Part shown: positions 1 through 9,237 of the stretch, in pieces
Numbering within the stretch: the stretch's first letter is position 1
Layout: each line of letters opens with the position of its first letter
From: Rhodospirillaceae bacterium
GTDB taxonomy: Bacteria; Pseudomonadota; Alphaproteobacteria; UBA7887
Assembly (NCBI GenBank): GCA_002728255.1
Contig: PBWV01000042.1
Coordinates: forward strand, 4,602-68,601
Direction: 5' to 3'
DNA: 64,000 bases
The notes under the pieces: generated by a model
The model's database searches: none
What the model was told of the DNA's origin: nothing
What the model saw: the letters and a program-made list of their open reading frames with translations, nothing else
Position numbers and translations under genes: made by a program

Positions 1-558
1 CTCAGCCTTTTTGAAGGTAACTATCCCTGATAAAGAGATGAAAAGCCCACAATCAATTGCCGCTTTAGCCAACTCATGCCCAGATGTAAAACAATGAATC
101 ACCCCTGGAAAACTACCTTTAGCAGACTCTTCTCTTAAGATTTGGATCATATCTTTATCGGCGTCTCTTGTATGAATAATTATTGGTAATCCACTTTCTC
201 TTGCCGCCTCAATATGAGCAATAAAACTCACGCGTTGTTTTTCACGATCACTGTGATCGTAAAAATAATCCAGACCGGTTTCTCCGATACCAATAATTTT
301 TTCATTCAATTCAATTTTTTTCAGGATATCGGAGGGTAAAAAATCAGGCTCCTCCTCAACATTGTGAGGGTGTATACCTATTGAACAATAGATATTATCT
401 TCTTCTATAGTTAACGCTAACACATCTGAAAATCGGCTTAGACGGGTACAAATGGTCTGCATTACGCCCACTCCAGACTCTTTTGCCCTATGCAAAACTA
501 AAGGCATGTCCTCCTTAAATTCGGAAAAGTCTAGATGGCAATGACTATCAACTAACAT
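1..558 (-). CDS. tatD: TatD family metal-dependent hydrolase (partial; C-terminus lies beyond the window start)
   Basis: Manual reverse-complement translation from the ATG at 556-558 gives MLVDSHCHLDFSEF...GIGETGLDYFY...IIHTRDA...VIHCFTSG. These are the classic TatD/YcfH motifs. The position downstream of metG matches conserved alphaproteobacterial synteny. It is absent from the ORF track because it runs off the window edge. Confidence 0.8.
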   Translation of the reverse strand, partial: MLVDSHCHLDFSEFKEDMPLVLHRAKESGVGVMQTICTRLSRFSDVLALTIEEDNIYCSIGIHPHNVEEEPDFLPSDILKKIELNEKIIGIGETGLDYFYDHSDREKQRVSFIAHIEAARESGLPIIIHTRDADKDMIQILREESAKGSFPGVIHCFTSGHELAKAAIDCGLFISLSGIVTFKKAE

Positions 559-592
559 ACTCGCTACTCTGTTTTAACCGATGACCAACTTT

Positions 593-2137
593 TCAAGTAT
601 CAAGGTGCCTTGGAAATACCCCCACTGGTTTTGGCAATAGAGTCTTGGGTTCTACTCTATGATCGTCAACTAGGAATGCAAACTTCCTAGAATCTTCTGG
701 AATATTAAGCTGGTCTAAAATTTTACCTGCGGAAGCAGGCACAAATGGCTGCATCAAAATCGCGATCCGGCGGATTGTCTCTGATAAAACAAACAATACA
801 GTCTCCATTCTCCCTTGATCTATAGACTTTAACTTCCATGGAGCCTGATGATCCACATAAGAGTTTGCCTCACGAATTATTTGCCATATTTTTTCCAATG
901 CCTCGCTTAATGCCTGCCTCTCTACCGAAGAACGCACGTCATTTAGCAAAGCCCCGGCATTACGTAAAAGTTCTAAATCCTCATTTTCATATGTGCCGGG
1001 CGTTGGCATTGCTCCATCACAATTACGATTTATCATAGATAACACACGTTGAGCCAAGTTACCAAGATCATTGGATAAATCACTAGTTATACGATTTTTA
1101 AGTGCAGTAATAGAAAAATCTCCATCGCTCCCAAATGGCACCTCTCTCAACAAAAAATACCTGACCTGATCTAATCCAAAGGTGTCAATCAGTTCGAAAG
1201 GATCCACAACATTACCTGAACTTTTTGACATTTTTTCACCCTCGACTGTCCACCAACCATGAGCAAACACCCTTTTTGGAATAGGTAAACCAGCCGACAT
1301 TAAAAACGCCGGCCAATAAACCGTGTGAAATCGGAGAATATCTTTTCCCACAATATGTACAGCGGACGCGCGGAATTTCTGAAAAGTATTACCGGATTGA
1401 TCAGGATATCCTATCGCTGTTAAATAATTAGTTAACGCATCAAGCCACACGTACATAATATGGGATTCGTTTCCTGGAACCGGCACCCCCCACTTAAAAC
1501 TAGTTCTAGACACTGAAAGATCTTGTAGTCCTCCTTCAACGAAGCTAATTACCTCATTTCTTCTAGAGTTAGGGGCAATAAAATTGGGCTGTTCGGCATA
1601 CAATTTTAAGAGCTTGTCCTGCCAACGGGAAAGACGAAAGAAATAACTAGGCTCTTCTATCCATTCAACTTTGCCACCAGAGGGCGCCAAATACCCCCCC
1701 GCACCATCGCTCTTCAATTCATTCTCCGCAAAATATGCTTCATCCCTCACAGAATACCAACCGGAATAACTGTCTAGATAAATATCCCCCGTATCCACCA
1801 ACGATTCCCAAATTTTCTGGCTAGCTAATATATGTCGTGATTCTGTGGTACGAATAAAATCGTCATTGCTGGCCCCCAACTTGTTAGTTAAATCTCGAAA
1901 CCTTTGGGAAACTCGATCAGTGAAAACTTGAGGGGTTTCCCCAGATTCCAACGCAGATTTTTCTACCTTCTGCCCATGCTCGTCAGTTCCGGTAAGAAAG
2001 AAAACTTCCTTTCCATCAAGGCGCATAAAACGAGCCACAGCATCACAGGCGATCGTGGTATAAGCATGACCAAGGTGCGGGACATCATTAACGTAGTATA
2101 TCGGCGTTGTTATGTAATAATTTTCGAGGTTTTCCAT
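593..2137 (-). CDS. metG: methionine--tRNA ligase (short form, no C-terminal tRNA-binding domain)
   Basis: 514 aa with the HIGH motif (PYVNDVPHLGHAYT) and KMSKS motif (KMSKSSGN). N-terminus is the typical MetRS YITTPIYY. Confidence 0.95.
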   Translation of the reverse strand: MENLENYYITTPIYYVNDVPHLGHAYTTIACDAVARFMRLDGKEVFFLTGTDEHGQKVEKSALESGETPQVFTDRVSQRFRDLTNKLGASNDDFIRTTESRHILASQKIWESLVDTGDIYLDSYSGWYSVRDEAYFAENELKSDGAGGYLAPSGGKVEWIEEPSYFFRLSRWQDKLLKLYAEQPNFIAPNSRRNEVISFVEGGLQDLSVSRTSFKWGVPVPGNESHIMYVWLDALTNYLTAIGYPDQSGNTFQKFRASAVHIVGKDILRFHTVYWPAFLMSAGLPIPKRVFAHGWWTVEGEKMSKSSGNVVDPFELIDTFGLDQVRYFLLREVPFGSDGDFSITALKNRITSDLSNDLGNLAQRVLSMINRNCDGAMPTPGTYENEDLELLRNAGALLNDVRSSVERQALSEALEKIWQIIREANSYVDHQAPWKLKSIDQGRMETVLFVLSETIRRIAILMQPFVPASAGKILDQLNIPEDSRKFAFLVDDHRVEPKTLLPKPVGVFPRHLDT

Positions 2138-2147
2138 CTATAAAATA

Positions 2148-3230
2148 TTAGCTCTCTGATAAATTACCTATAGATAATAATGTCGATAGAAAAACATGTT
2201 TCCGATCTAAATTAATTTTCTTCACTTGCTTGTACAGACGATTCGTTTCTTCCCATAGATGGATCCACTCATCAAGATTCTTTCTCGAAATTAAGCGGCT
2301 GGTCGTGGAAATATCTTGCGATACAATTGGGATTCCTATTTTAGGATCGAATTTGGCTCGTATAGCACTTGATAACCATTTTGCTAAATATTTCATCGCT
2401 AAATCAAATTTCTCCTCTGCGCCTCTGGCGCATAACTGGTCTGACAGACTATGAATTCTGGAATAGTCCAATTGGGGTACCTGGCCAAGCAAATTCTCCA
2501 ACTCATGGAAAAGTGTGATGCCATCATTATGAATTACACTTGTAGCTATACCCGGACTCCCGTCTGATAGATGAAACAATAACTCTAATTCACGAGGCGA
2601 TAAGCCCCCCACTCCACTTGATAATACACTGACAAAATCTTTCATTATCAATGGTTGGAATAAATGGCGCTGACAACGCGATGTTATAGTATTAAATGGA
2701 AGCTCATGAACATGACTAATCAAAATGAGAAGAGTTTGTCTGGGGGGTTCCTCTAGTATCTTAAGAATTGCATTGGCTCCGCTTCTATTCATTTCATCAA
2801 CAGAATCAATTATGGCAACTCGCCACATAGAAGAAACAGCCGTAAGAGAAAAAAACTGCCGTAGTTTTCGAGCTTCATCCACTGTAATTTCTTTTCGCTC
2901 TTTCCCAGTTCTGGGATCATGTCCTTTTTCCAATACAAACAAATCAACGTGGGCCCTTGCGGCTACCTGCGATGCCACACTCTCATCATACTTAAGTGCG
3001 GAGAGTTGATTGCCTTGATCTCCTAAATCAAATGCGAGCGCTTCTCCCACTGTTTGACTCAATAAGTAACGCGCCAAATAGTAGGCCAAAGTTGCCTTTC
3101 CTATACCTTTTGGACCACTCAATAGCAATGCATGGGGCAATTTACCCATAACAAAACTTCGGGTTACACGTTTGAGAATATCCTCATGACCACACAACAA
3201 CGTGGTTCCTCTTGGATGATTAAACTGCAT
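2148..3230 (-). CDS. holB: DNA polymerase III subunit delta prime
   Basis: 360 aa with the AAA+ P-loop LLSGPKGIGKATLA. Located between tmk and metG as in other Alphaproteobacteria. Confidence 0.85.
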   Translation of the reverse strand: MQFNHPRGTTLLCGHEDILKRVTRSFVMGKLPHALLLSGPKGIGKATLAYYLARYLLSQTVGEALAFDLGDQGNQLSALKYDESVASQVAARAHVDLFVLEKGHDPRTGKERKEITVDEARKLRQFFSLTAVSSMWRVAIIDSVDEMNRSGANAILKILEEPPRQTLLILISHVHELPFNTITSRCQRHLFQPLIMKDFVSVLSSGVGGLSPRELELLFHLSDGSPGIATSVIHNDGITLFHELENLLGQVPQLDYSRIHSLSDQLCARGAEEKFDLAMKYLAKWLSSAIRAKFDPKIGIPIVSQDISTTSRLISRKNLDEWIHLWEETNRLYKQVKKINLDRKHVFLSTLLSIGNLSES

Positions 3231-3248
3231 TGAAATAACGTGCGTTTC

Positions 3249-3893
3249 TCAAATTTCGAACCTTTGCTCCACAAGAGCCATAATCTGAGTGCTTATTCTT
3301 TCCACTGATTGCATTGAATCAATAACGACACAACGGTTAGTTTCCTTAGCCGCTATATCAAGAAAGGCCTTCCTCACTTTATCGTGGAAAGTTAAGCCCA
3401 TCGACTCGTATCTATCCTCGCCATCTACCCTTCCTTCTGTTCGCCTAAGCGCTTCCTCAACCTTTAGATCCATGATGAATGTGAGATTAGGGGAAAATTG
3501 TTCGATGAAAAGTTTGCTTAAGGTTTTAATAGTACTTTCACCAACCTCCATGGCCATTCCTTGATAGGCCATACTAGAATCTGTGAAACGGTCACAAATA
3601 ACCCAAGTTCCATCCTGCAAAGCGGGCCATATTTTTTTAACGAGGTGATTGCGACGAGCAGCAAAGTGAAGAAGCGTCTCGGAATATGGGTCACACTTTC
3701 CCCTTTCGCCCCTTACCAAAATATTCCTTATCTCCTCTGCAAGAGCGGTACCCCCTGGTTCTCGCGTACAAAAAGTTTTCAACCCACTTTCATTTAAGCG
3801 CTCGGATAGTATTCTTACCTGGGTTGACTTTCCTGTACCCTCACCCCCCTCAAAAGAAATAAACTTACCGAGTTGCGTGCCGTTTTTACTCAC
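3249..3893 (-). CDS. tmk: thymidylate kinase
   Basis: 214 aa with P-loop FISFEGGEGTGKST and the DRF/DSS region typical of dTMP kinases. Confidence 0.9.
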   Translation of the reverse strand: MSKNGTQLGKFISFEGGEGTGKSTQVRILSERLNESGLKTFCTREPGGTALAEEIRNILVRGERGKCDPYSETLLHFAARRNHLVKKIWPALQDGTWVICDRFTDSSMAYQGMAMEVGESTIKTLSKLFIEQFSPNLTFIMDLKVEEALRRTEGRVDGEDRYESMGLTFHDKVRKAFLDIAAKETNRCVVIDSMQSVERISTQIMALVEQRFEI

Positions 3894-3920
3894 TAATTTG
3901 TTACCATTGCCTAAAATATC

Positions 3921-5084
3921 TTACTCATTGGGTGCGCCAAAAACCATATAACTTACTGCACCCGTTAAGCGGCCTATAGGACCAGAACGGATAACTGCTT
4001 CTTGAGCGACTAAAGGAAGCTCAATTGGTTCGAACCCGGGCGCTTCAACAAACAGACTGCCCAACTCCGCGCCACGTGCAATTGGTGCCGGTATTGGAGA
4101 ATCGTATTTGACTGTTACCCGCAATTTATCCCTTGAATTGCGATACAAGGAAATAGTCAAGTCATCCTCAATAACTAAACCGATTTTTGGCACTTTCCCC
4201 AGCCATACATCCCCATTTGTAACAACCTCCCCTGCCGAGAAAAGATGATAATTCGCAAACTGTCTGAATCCAAAGTTCAAGAGTCTCTCTACTTCTGAGG
4301 CTCTTTGTGCAGGACTTTCCAAACCGGTTACCACTGCTATCAACCTCCTATCATTCCGAAGAGCGGTAGCTGCTAACCCGTAACCAGCTTCTCTTGTGTG
4401 ACCTGTCTTCATACCATCAACACCGATATCTTTATAAAGTAACGGATTACGATTCGCTTGGCGAATTTCATTATAGGTAAATTCTTTTTCAGCAAAGAAA
4501 GGAAAATAATCAGGAAAATCTCTAACAATTTTTTGAGTTATTATGCCAATATCAGCAGCACTCATTTTATGATCAGAGTGGGGCCACCCAGTCGAATTCT
4601 GGAACACGCTGTCCAGAAGACCTACTTCAAAGGCCTTTTCGTTCATCAGATCAGCAAAAGTTGCCTCATCTCCACCTATCGCCTCTGCTAGAACAATGCA
4701 CGCATCATTGCCAGATTGCACAATAACGCCCCGGAGTAAATCTTCTACAGACACCTGCTTGTCTACCTCAACAAACATTTTAGATCCACCCATCCGCCAC
4801 GCTTTTTCACTAACAGTAAGCAAATCGTCTAAAGCTATAATCCCAATCCTCAATGCATCAAACACCATATAAGATGTCATGAGTTTGCTGAGAGACGCGG
4901 GGGGAACCGGAACTCGGCTATTCTTTTCGAATAATACAGTCCCGGTAGTATAATCCATCAAATAGGCATGAGGGGCGACTGTTTCAAATTTAGGAGCCGA
5001 CCAAGCAATCGATATCAAGGACATGAAAACGAAAAGTTTTAATAACAAAAACTTTCCAAAATGATTGACTGAGTAATACCTCAC
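3921..5084 (-). CDS. D-alanyl-D-alanine carboxypeptidase (PBP5/6-type serine peptidase)
   Basis: 387 aa with a signal peptide, the SxxK active-site motif (ASLSKLMT), and SGN and KTG motifs (KTGHT). Confidence 0.85.
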   Translation of the reverse strand: MRYYSVNHFGKFLLLKLFVFMSLISIAWSAPKFETVAPHAYLMDYTTGTVLFEKNSRVPVPPASLSKLMTSYMVFDALRIGIIALDDLLTVSEKAWRMGGSKMFVEVDKQVSVEDLLRGVIVQSGNDACIVLAEAIGGDEATFADLMNEKAFEVGLLDSVFQNSTGWPHSDHKMSAADIGIITQKIVRDFPDYFPFFAEKEFTYNEIRQANRNPLLYKDIGVDGMKTGHTREAGYGLAATALRNDRRLIAVVTGLESPAQRASEVERLLNFGFRQFANYHLFSAGEVVTNGDVWLGKVPKIGLVIEDDLTISLYRNSRDKLRVTVKYDSPIPAPIARGAELGSLFVEAPGFEPIELPLVAQEAVIRSGPIGRLTGAVSYMVFGAPNE

Positions 5085-5168
5085 GTTAATTGTACTCCTA
5101 ATACTGCACCTATCAACTTAGCGATTGTTCTAAATAGCAAATACTACCTCTCCGAGCACTCTAAAAAA

Positions 5169-6206
5169 TTACCTTTCCCCCGCAACGAGATGGGAATCTG
5201 TATATCCAGCCTTTAGCAGTTGTTGGATCAGTGTATCGGCCGAATCCACGTTATTCACCGGCCCAACTCGCACTCTATAAAATGGTTGGCCCTCCAAATA
5301 AATCTCCGTTAAATGTACTGGGACTCCAAAATAGGTTAGTTTACCACTTAGTTGTGATGCATTATCTTTGAGCAAAAAGGCACCTACTTGGACAAAAAAT
5401 TCTTTCCCATCAGAGGTTTTTGCTTCTCTATCCTCCCAACTATGATCGTCTTCGTGTTCCAATGAAATTGGGCTTGCCTCCTCAGACAGTTGTATCGAAG
5501 CTCCATCTGGTAATGGCAACTCATGAACTGCCACCTTTACAGTCGGATTTGGGCCAATTAACGCGCGTTCCTCTTCAGGGGTATTCATTCTCTCAGCAAT
5601 ATAAAGACCACCATCCGGAGAGATACTCTGCACCCGCACCATGGCTAGTCCATCCTTTTCAAAGCCCAGAAGTTGTGCCGCACGTCGAGATAAGTCAATA
5701 ATTCTCCCATTAACAAATGGTCCTCTATCGTTAATATCTAAATTCAACGAACGCCCATTAGATAGATTAGTAACCCGCACCTTACTTGGCATCGGAAGCG
5801 TCTTATGAGCAGCAGTTAAATCGTTCATATCGTAAATGGCACCATTCGCTGTAACTTTTCCATGAAACTGCTCCCCATACCATGAAGCTATGCCTACTTC
5901 GTTATAATATGGATCTTCTTTGGGATAATACCAAAGTCCATTAATTTCATATGGTTTACCTACTTTATAGATTCCCAATCTAATTTTATCTGGTTTAGTT
6001 TCCTCCACGGGCCTAAGGTCGGGCTCTGGTGTAACTTCTGGCTCAGATAGTCGAACCACCTCCTTTATTCCATGCACAGCTAACTGAGTTTCCGCACATG
6101 ATGTGAAAAGGAGGAGAAGCAGGAACGTACCGCCCAGTCTGACAAGAACATCTCGCGCAGCCAAAGCTGATGACAAGACAAAACAACAATCGAGGAGGTA
6201 AATCAT
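5169..6206 (-). CDS. rlpA: septal ring lytic transglycosylase RlpA family protein (DPBB domain plus C-terminal SPOR domain)
   Basis: 345 aa. The ASWYGEQFHGKVTANGAIYD double-psi beta-barrel signature is present, and the C-terminal FFVQVGAF...YRVRVGP region is SPOR-like. Confidence 0.85.
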   Translation of the reverse strand: MIYLLDCCFVLSSALAARDVLVRLGGTFLLLLLFTSCAETQLAVHGIKEVVRLSEPEVTPEPDLRPVEETKPDKIRLGIYKVGKPYEINGLWYYPKEDPYYNEVGIASWYGEQFHGKVTANGAIYDMNDLTAAHKTLPMPSKVRVTNLSNGRSLNLDINDRGPFVNGRIIDLSRRAAQLLGFEKDGLAMVRVQSISPDGGLYIAERMNTPEEERALIGPNPTVKVAVHELPLPDGASIQLSEEASPISLEHEDDHSWEDREAKTSDGKEFFVQVGAFLLKDNASQLSGKLTYFGVPVHLTEIYLEGQPFYRVRVGPVNNVDSADTLIQQLLKAGYTDSHLVAGER

Positions 6207-6224
6207 AGACCTAATACCATGGTT

Positions 6225-7226
6225 CTACTTTCGAAGTTGATCCGACAAAATTCCTACCGCTAAAGCAAAATAAACAGATCGGTTCCATTTCATCAAATTT
6301 CTGAAATTATCGTACACCATATAGGCGTCACTACCATCCCCATCTGGCAAAACAATGGAGGCACTCAATCGACGACCTGGCAGATCACTGCCATCACTCC
6401 TCCTAATCCCCATTTTCTGCCACTCGCCAATGGTCCGAACCTCCTTCAAGCCTATAGCCGAAGTATCAAAACCTTGAGGAAGCAGTACCTTCCTCCCCCA
6501 GGTTTCATCAAACTTCCAACCAGATTGATGGAGATAATTTGCAATAGAGGCGAACACGTCGGGCTGGCTATTCCATATATCCCGTTTGCCGTCATTATCA
6601 TAGTCCTCAGCAAAACTATGGAAACTAGACGGCATAAATTGGCATTGGCCCATTGCTCCTGCCCAGGATCCAAGCATTTCCGCGTTAGTAATCTCACCTA
6701 GATTTAGAATTTTTAGAGCATCGATAAGCTCTGATCTAAAAAACGAACTTCGGCGGCCGTCATAGGCTAAAGTTGCGAGGGAATTGATTACAGAAAACCC
6801 CCCAGTGAATCGTCCAAAATCACTTTCAATACCCCATAAAGCTACTACAAACCTCGATTGAACAAGATAATTCGGTTCCATGCCAATTAGTAAAGTTCGA
6901 TTTTCTTCCAAAAGCCGCTTGCCCACATTCACTCTACTATTTGGTACAACTTTTGTAAGATATTCTTCAAAGGTTAGACGTCCCTCGGGCTGATTTCGAT
7001 CCAGTGCGATAACACGAGGTATCAATTCAATATCTTGTAACACATCGTGCAGTAAATCTGCCCTAATCCCTGCTTCCAGTGCCTCGCTTTGTAGCCCAAC
7101 AAGCCAATCTTCAAAGAGCTCACTAGCATCCGCCCCAAAGATTGTCCCGGCTTGAATAACCACCGTAAGAATAAAGGCCAATAGAAAACTTAAGTATTGG
7201 TTCATATTTGTTTCCTGATGCATCAC
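6225..7226 (-). CDS. lytic murein transglycosylase (MltB-like)
   Basis: 333 aa with a signal peptide. The GQCQFMPSSF block matches the MltB/Slt35-family catalytic region. Confidence 0.8.
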   Translation of the reverse strand: MMHQETNMNQYLSFLLAFILTVVIQAGTIFGADASELFEDWLVGLQSEALEAGIRADLLHDVLQDIELIPRVIALDRNQPEGRLTFEEYLTKVVPNSRVNVGKRLLEENRTLLIGMEPNYLVQSRFVVALWGIESDFGRFTGGFSVINSLATLAYDGRRSSFFRSELIDALKILNLGEITNAEMLGSWAGAMGQCQFMPSSFHSFAEDYDNDGKRDIWNSQPDVFASIANYLHQSGWKFDETWGRKVLLPQGFDTSAIGLKEVRTIGEWQKMGIRRSDGSDLPGRRLSASIVLPDGDGSDAYMVYDNFRNLMKWNRSVYFALAVGILSDQLRK

Positions 7227-7422
7227 CTAACAATTTACCGGAGTGTACAAAATAGCTAGTTGTTAGTAAAACTTTGGTATTATTGTAGGTAGGGTGCCAG
7301 AAAAATGCTGCCAGCGAATATTGGTAACAGAATTAGGTGCCAAAATAGCCCCCCCAGACCTCTACGTGATATGTTTCTTTGATTTTTGAGGACGCATGGG
7401 GCTATAACCAGAGGCGTTTGGA

Positions 7423-7512
7423 GGAGGAGTGGCAGAGTGGTTGAATGCACTGGTCTTGAAAACCAGCGTGCCCTTACGGGTACCGGGAGTTCGAATCTCC
7501 CCTCCTCCGCCA
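7423..7512 (+). tRNA. tRNA-Ser (anticodon UGA)
   Basis: Cloverleaf read by hand. Acceptor stem GGAGGAG pairs with CTCCTCC. Anticodon arm is CTGGT-CTTGAAA-ACCAG, i.e. anticodon TGA. There is an 18-nt variable arm (class II), a TTCGAATC T-loop and an encoded CCA. It aligns almost base-for-base with E. coli tRNA-Ser(UGA). Confidence 0.9.
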
Positions 7513-7562
7513 CTACGGCCAAAGGCAATGCCCAGACCAGATAATTTTATTGCGAGAGAAAA

Positions 7563-7817
7563 ATGACTAAATTTTATGAACCAGATCTCGGAAGCGAACC
7601 AGAGAACCCGTTTGCTCGAGACCAGAGCGGAAAGCTTGTACGAAGGAGTTATTGGTTGGATCTAAGCGACCAATCATTAATATTAGTAATGACAAGAGGG
7701 GTTGGAGCGTCTCTGAAGGCGAGCGAGAAAAGAGTACATTTGCTGGATATAGCTAGAGATCATCTCGTGGATGAATGTTGTCAGGAGATATTAGCACCAG
7801 AGAAAGAAGAAGGTTAA
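7563..7817 (+). CDS. hypothetical small protein (84 aa), family not recognised
   Basis: Complete ORF starting 50 nt after the tRNA, preceded by a weak GAGAGA Shine-Dalgarno and followed by an AT-rich hairpin. No recognisable motif, so it may not be expressed. Confidence 0.25.
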   Translation: MTKFYEPDLGSEPENPFARDQSGKLVRRSYWLDLSDQSLILVMTRGVGASLKASEKRVHLLDIARDHLVDECCQEILAPEKEEG

Positions 7818-7820
7818 TAA

Positions 7821-7845
7821 ATTTCTTTAAGAAATTACTTTTAAT
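7821..7845. terminator. AT-rich hairpin with flanking T-run; possible bidirectional terminator between the small ORF and the Rieske gene
   Basis: AATTTCT-tta-AGAAATT is a perfect 7-bp inverted repeat, followed by ACTTTTAATTTTTT. The stem is AT-only, so it is weak. Confidence 0.3.
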
Positions 7846-7909
7846 TTTTTATTATTAAATATTTATATGATTTATAAGATACTTATTCTTAAAGAATATA
7901 TCCCCATGT

Positions 7910-9184
7910 CTACTCTTCATGAACTTCCAATACGTCCATCCCCAGAGCCTCACGAAAAGTGTTATGAAAATGGTGTAGAGCCGGTTCATTCCTTCCAAAA
8001 AGAAGGTGATCCAACAACCCATTCTCAGCGGCCTTTTGAGTGCTCTCCCCCATCATATAATCTTGCTCTGATACAGTGCTCACAAAAACTTCATTCTGGG
8101 AGACCACGCTAGGTAATGCTCCAGATCGCTTCTCCAAGTTATATATATTTTCTGAAGTAATCTGGGGCCTATCATCATCTTCAACTGATTGGGCTTCGAT
8201 CAACTCTTCGCTAAAGTAATGGCTTACCATTGTACATGATTTACCAGGATTATTCTTGACGGGATATATCCTTATAAGGTTGACGGTACCCCGCCCGATT
8301 ACCAACTGAATATTGGGAAAGAGGTAATAAAGCACCACGGCACCATGAGTTAAACGCCACTCACTCCTGGGCTTAGTTCGAACTCTGTCTATCCCACGAT
8401 TAGGAAACACAAACCGGTGATTACGGCCACTTATTTCGTAGTCTAATGCATCACCATAAAATATGCGGCCAACCGTGTCTTTATGGAGTTTATGAAAATG
8501 GTAAGTCTCACCAAAAGTATCGTTGGCCAATTTCCAATTAAGATTCATATTTATTGGAGTTTGGCCTACCCATTTCATCTCAGATAGACCCCAGCCCTCT
8601 AGCTCTACCTTAAAATCCCCTAGCAATTCATTAATATTTAAGGATGCCCGTGGTTTAGGATGAACCCAAAGTAAGCCATGTTGCTCAGCGGCCTCAAGTT
8701 TAATCAATCCTCTGCAGGATTTATCTATATTGCCAAAATGATGTTCTTGGGGAATTCCAATTAATTCACCATTGTTATTATAAGTCCAGTTATGAAAAGG
8801 ACAGGAAAATTTGGAACGCTTTCCTCTTTTTTCTGATTCGACTTCCACTCCTCTGTGTCTGCAAGCATTTAAGAAAGCATTAAAGCGTCCTTGACTATCC
8901 CGGGTCGCCAAAATGGAGACCCCAAATTCATCAACTGTTAGAAATGCCCCCTTCCCAGGAAGATCTCCGCTCAACCCAATTACTTGTGGATATTTCTCAA
9001 AAAATTCTTCCCACTCCTCCTTAGCCAGTTCCTCTGATGTGTATGCCGCAATCGGGTTCCGGAGAACTACGCCAGCATCAACATTTTCTCGTTCATCGAG
9101 TTGCCGCATTAACTCCAGCAGGATATCTTCTTGCTTGGATTGGTGCATATGTAGTCTACTCCAAATGTAATCATGCCACCACAT
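7910..9184 (-). CDS. Rieske [2Fe-2S] non-haem iron oxygenase, alpha subunit (alpha-only type, GbcA/Stc2/CntA-like)
   Basis: 424 aa with Rieske ligands CRHRG...CPFHNW and a mononuclear-iron region (ETYHFHKLH). No beta-subunit gene is adjacent. Confidence 0.85.
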   Translation of the reverse strand: MWWHDYIWSRLHMHQSKQEDILLELMRQLDERENVDAGVVLRNPIAAYTSEELAKEEWEEFFEKYPQVIGLSGDLPGKGAFLTVDEFGVSILATRDSQGRFNAFLNACRHRGVEVESEKRGKRSKFSCPFHNWTYNNNGELIGIPQEHHFGNIDKSCRGLIKLEAAEQHGLLWVHPKPRASLNINELLGDFKVELEGWGLSEMKWVGQTPINMNLNWKLANDTFGETYHFHKLHKDTVGRIFYGDALDYEISGRNHRFVFPNRGIDRVRTKPRSEWRLTHGAVVLYYLFPNIQLVIGRGTVNLIRIYPVKNNPGKSCTMVSHYFSEELIEAQSVEDDDRPQITSENIYNLEKRSGALPSVVSQNEVFVSTVSEQDYMMGESTQKAAENGLLDHLLFGRNEPALHHFHNTFREALGMDVLEVHEE

Positions 9185-9237
9185 ATGGGGTCACTTGCCC
9201 ACTTTTGATCACTGTATTCTAAGGTAGTTACGAAACT

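Noticed and set aside
7280-7528. 82-aa minus-strand ORF covering the tRNA-Ser gene
   Set aside because: It is entirely antisense to a well-formed tRNA and its upstream flank. The translation is low-complexity (LPLLLQTPLVIAP) and there is no RBS. This is an ORF-caller artefact.
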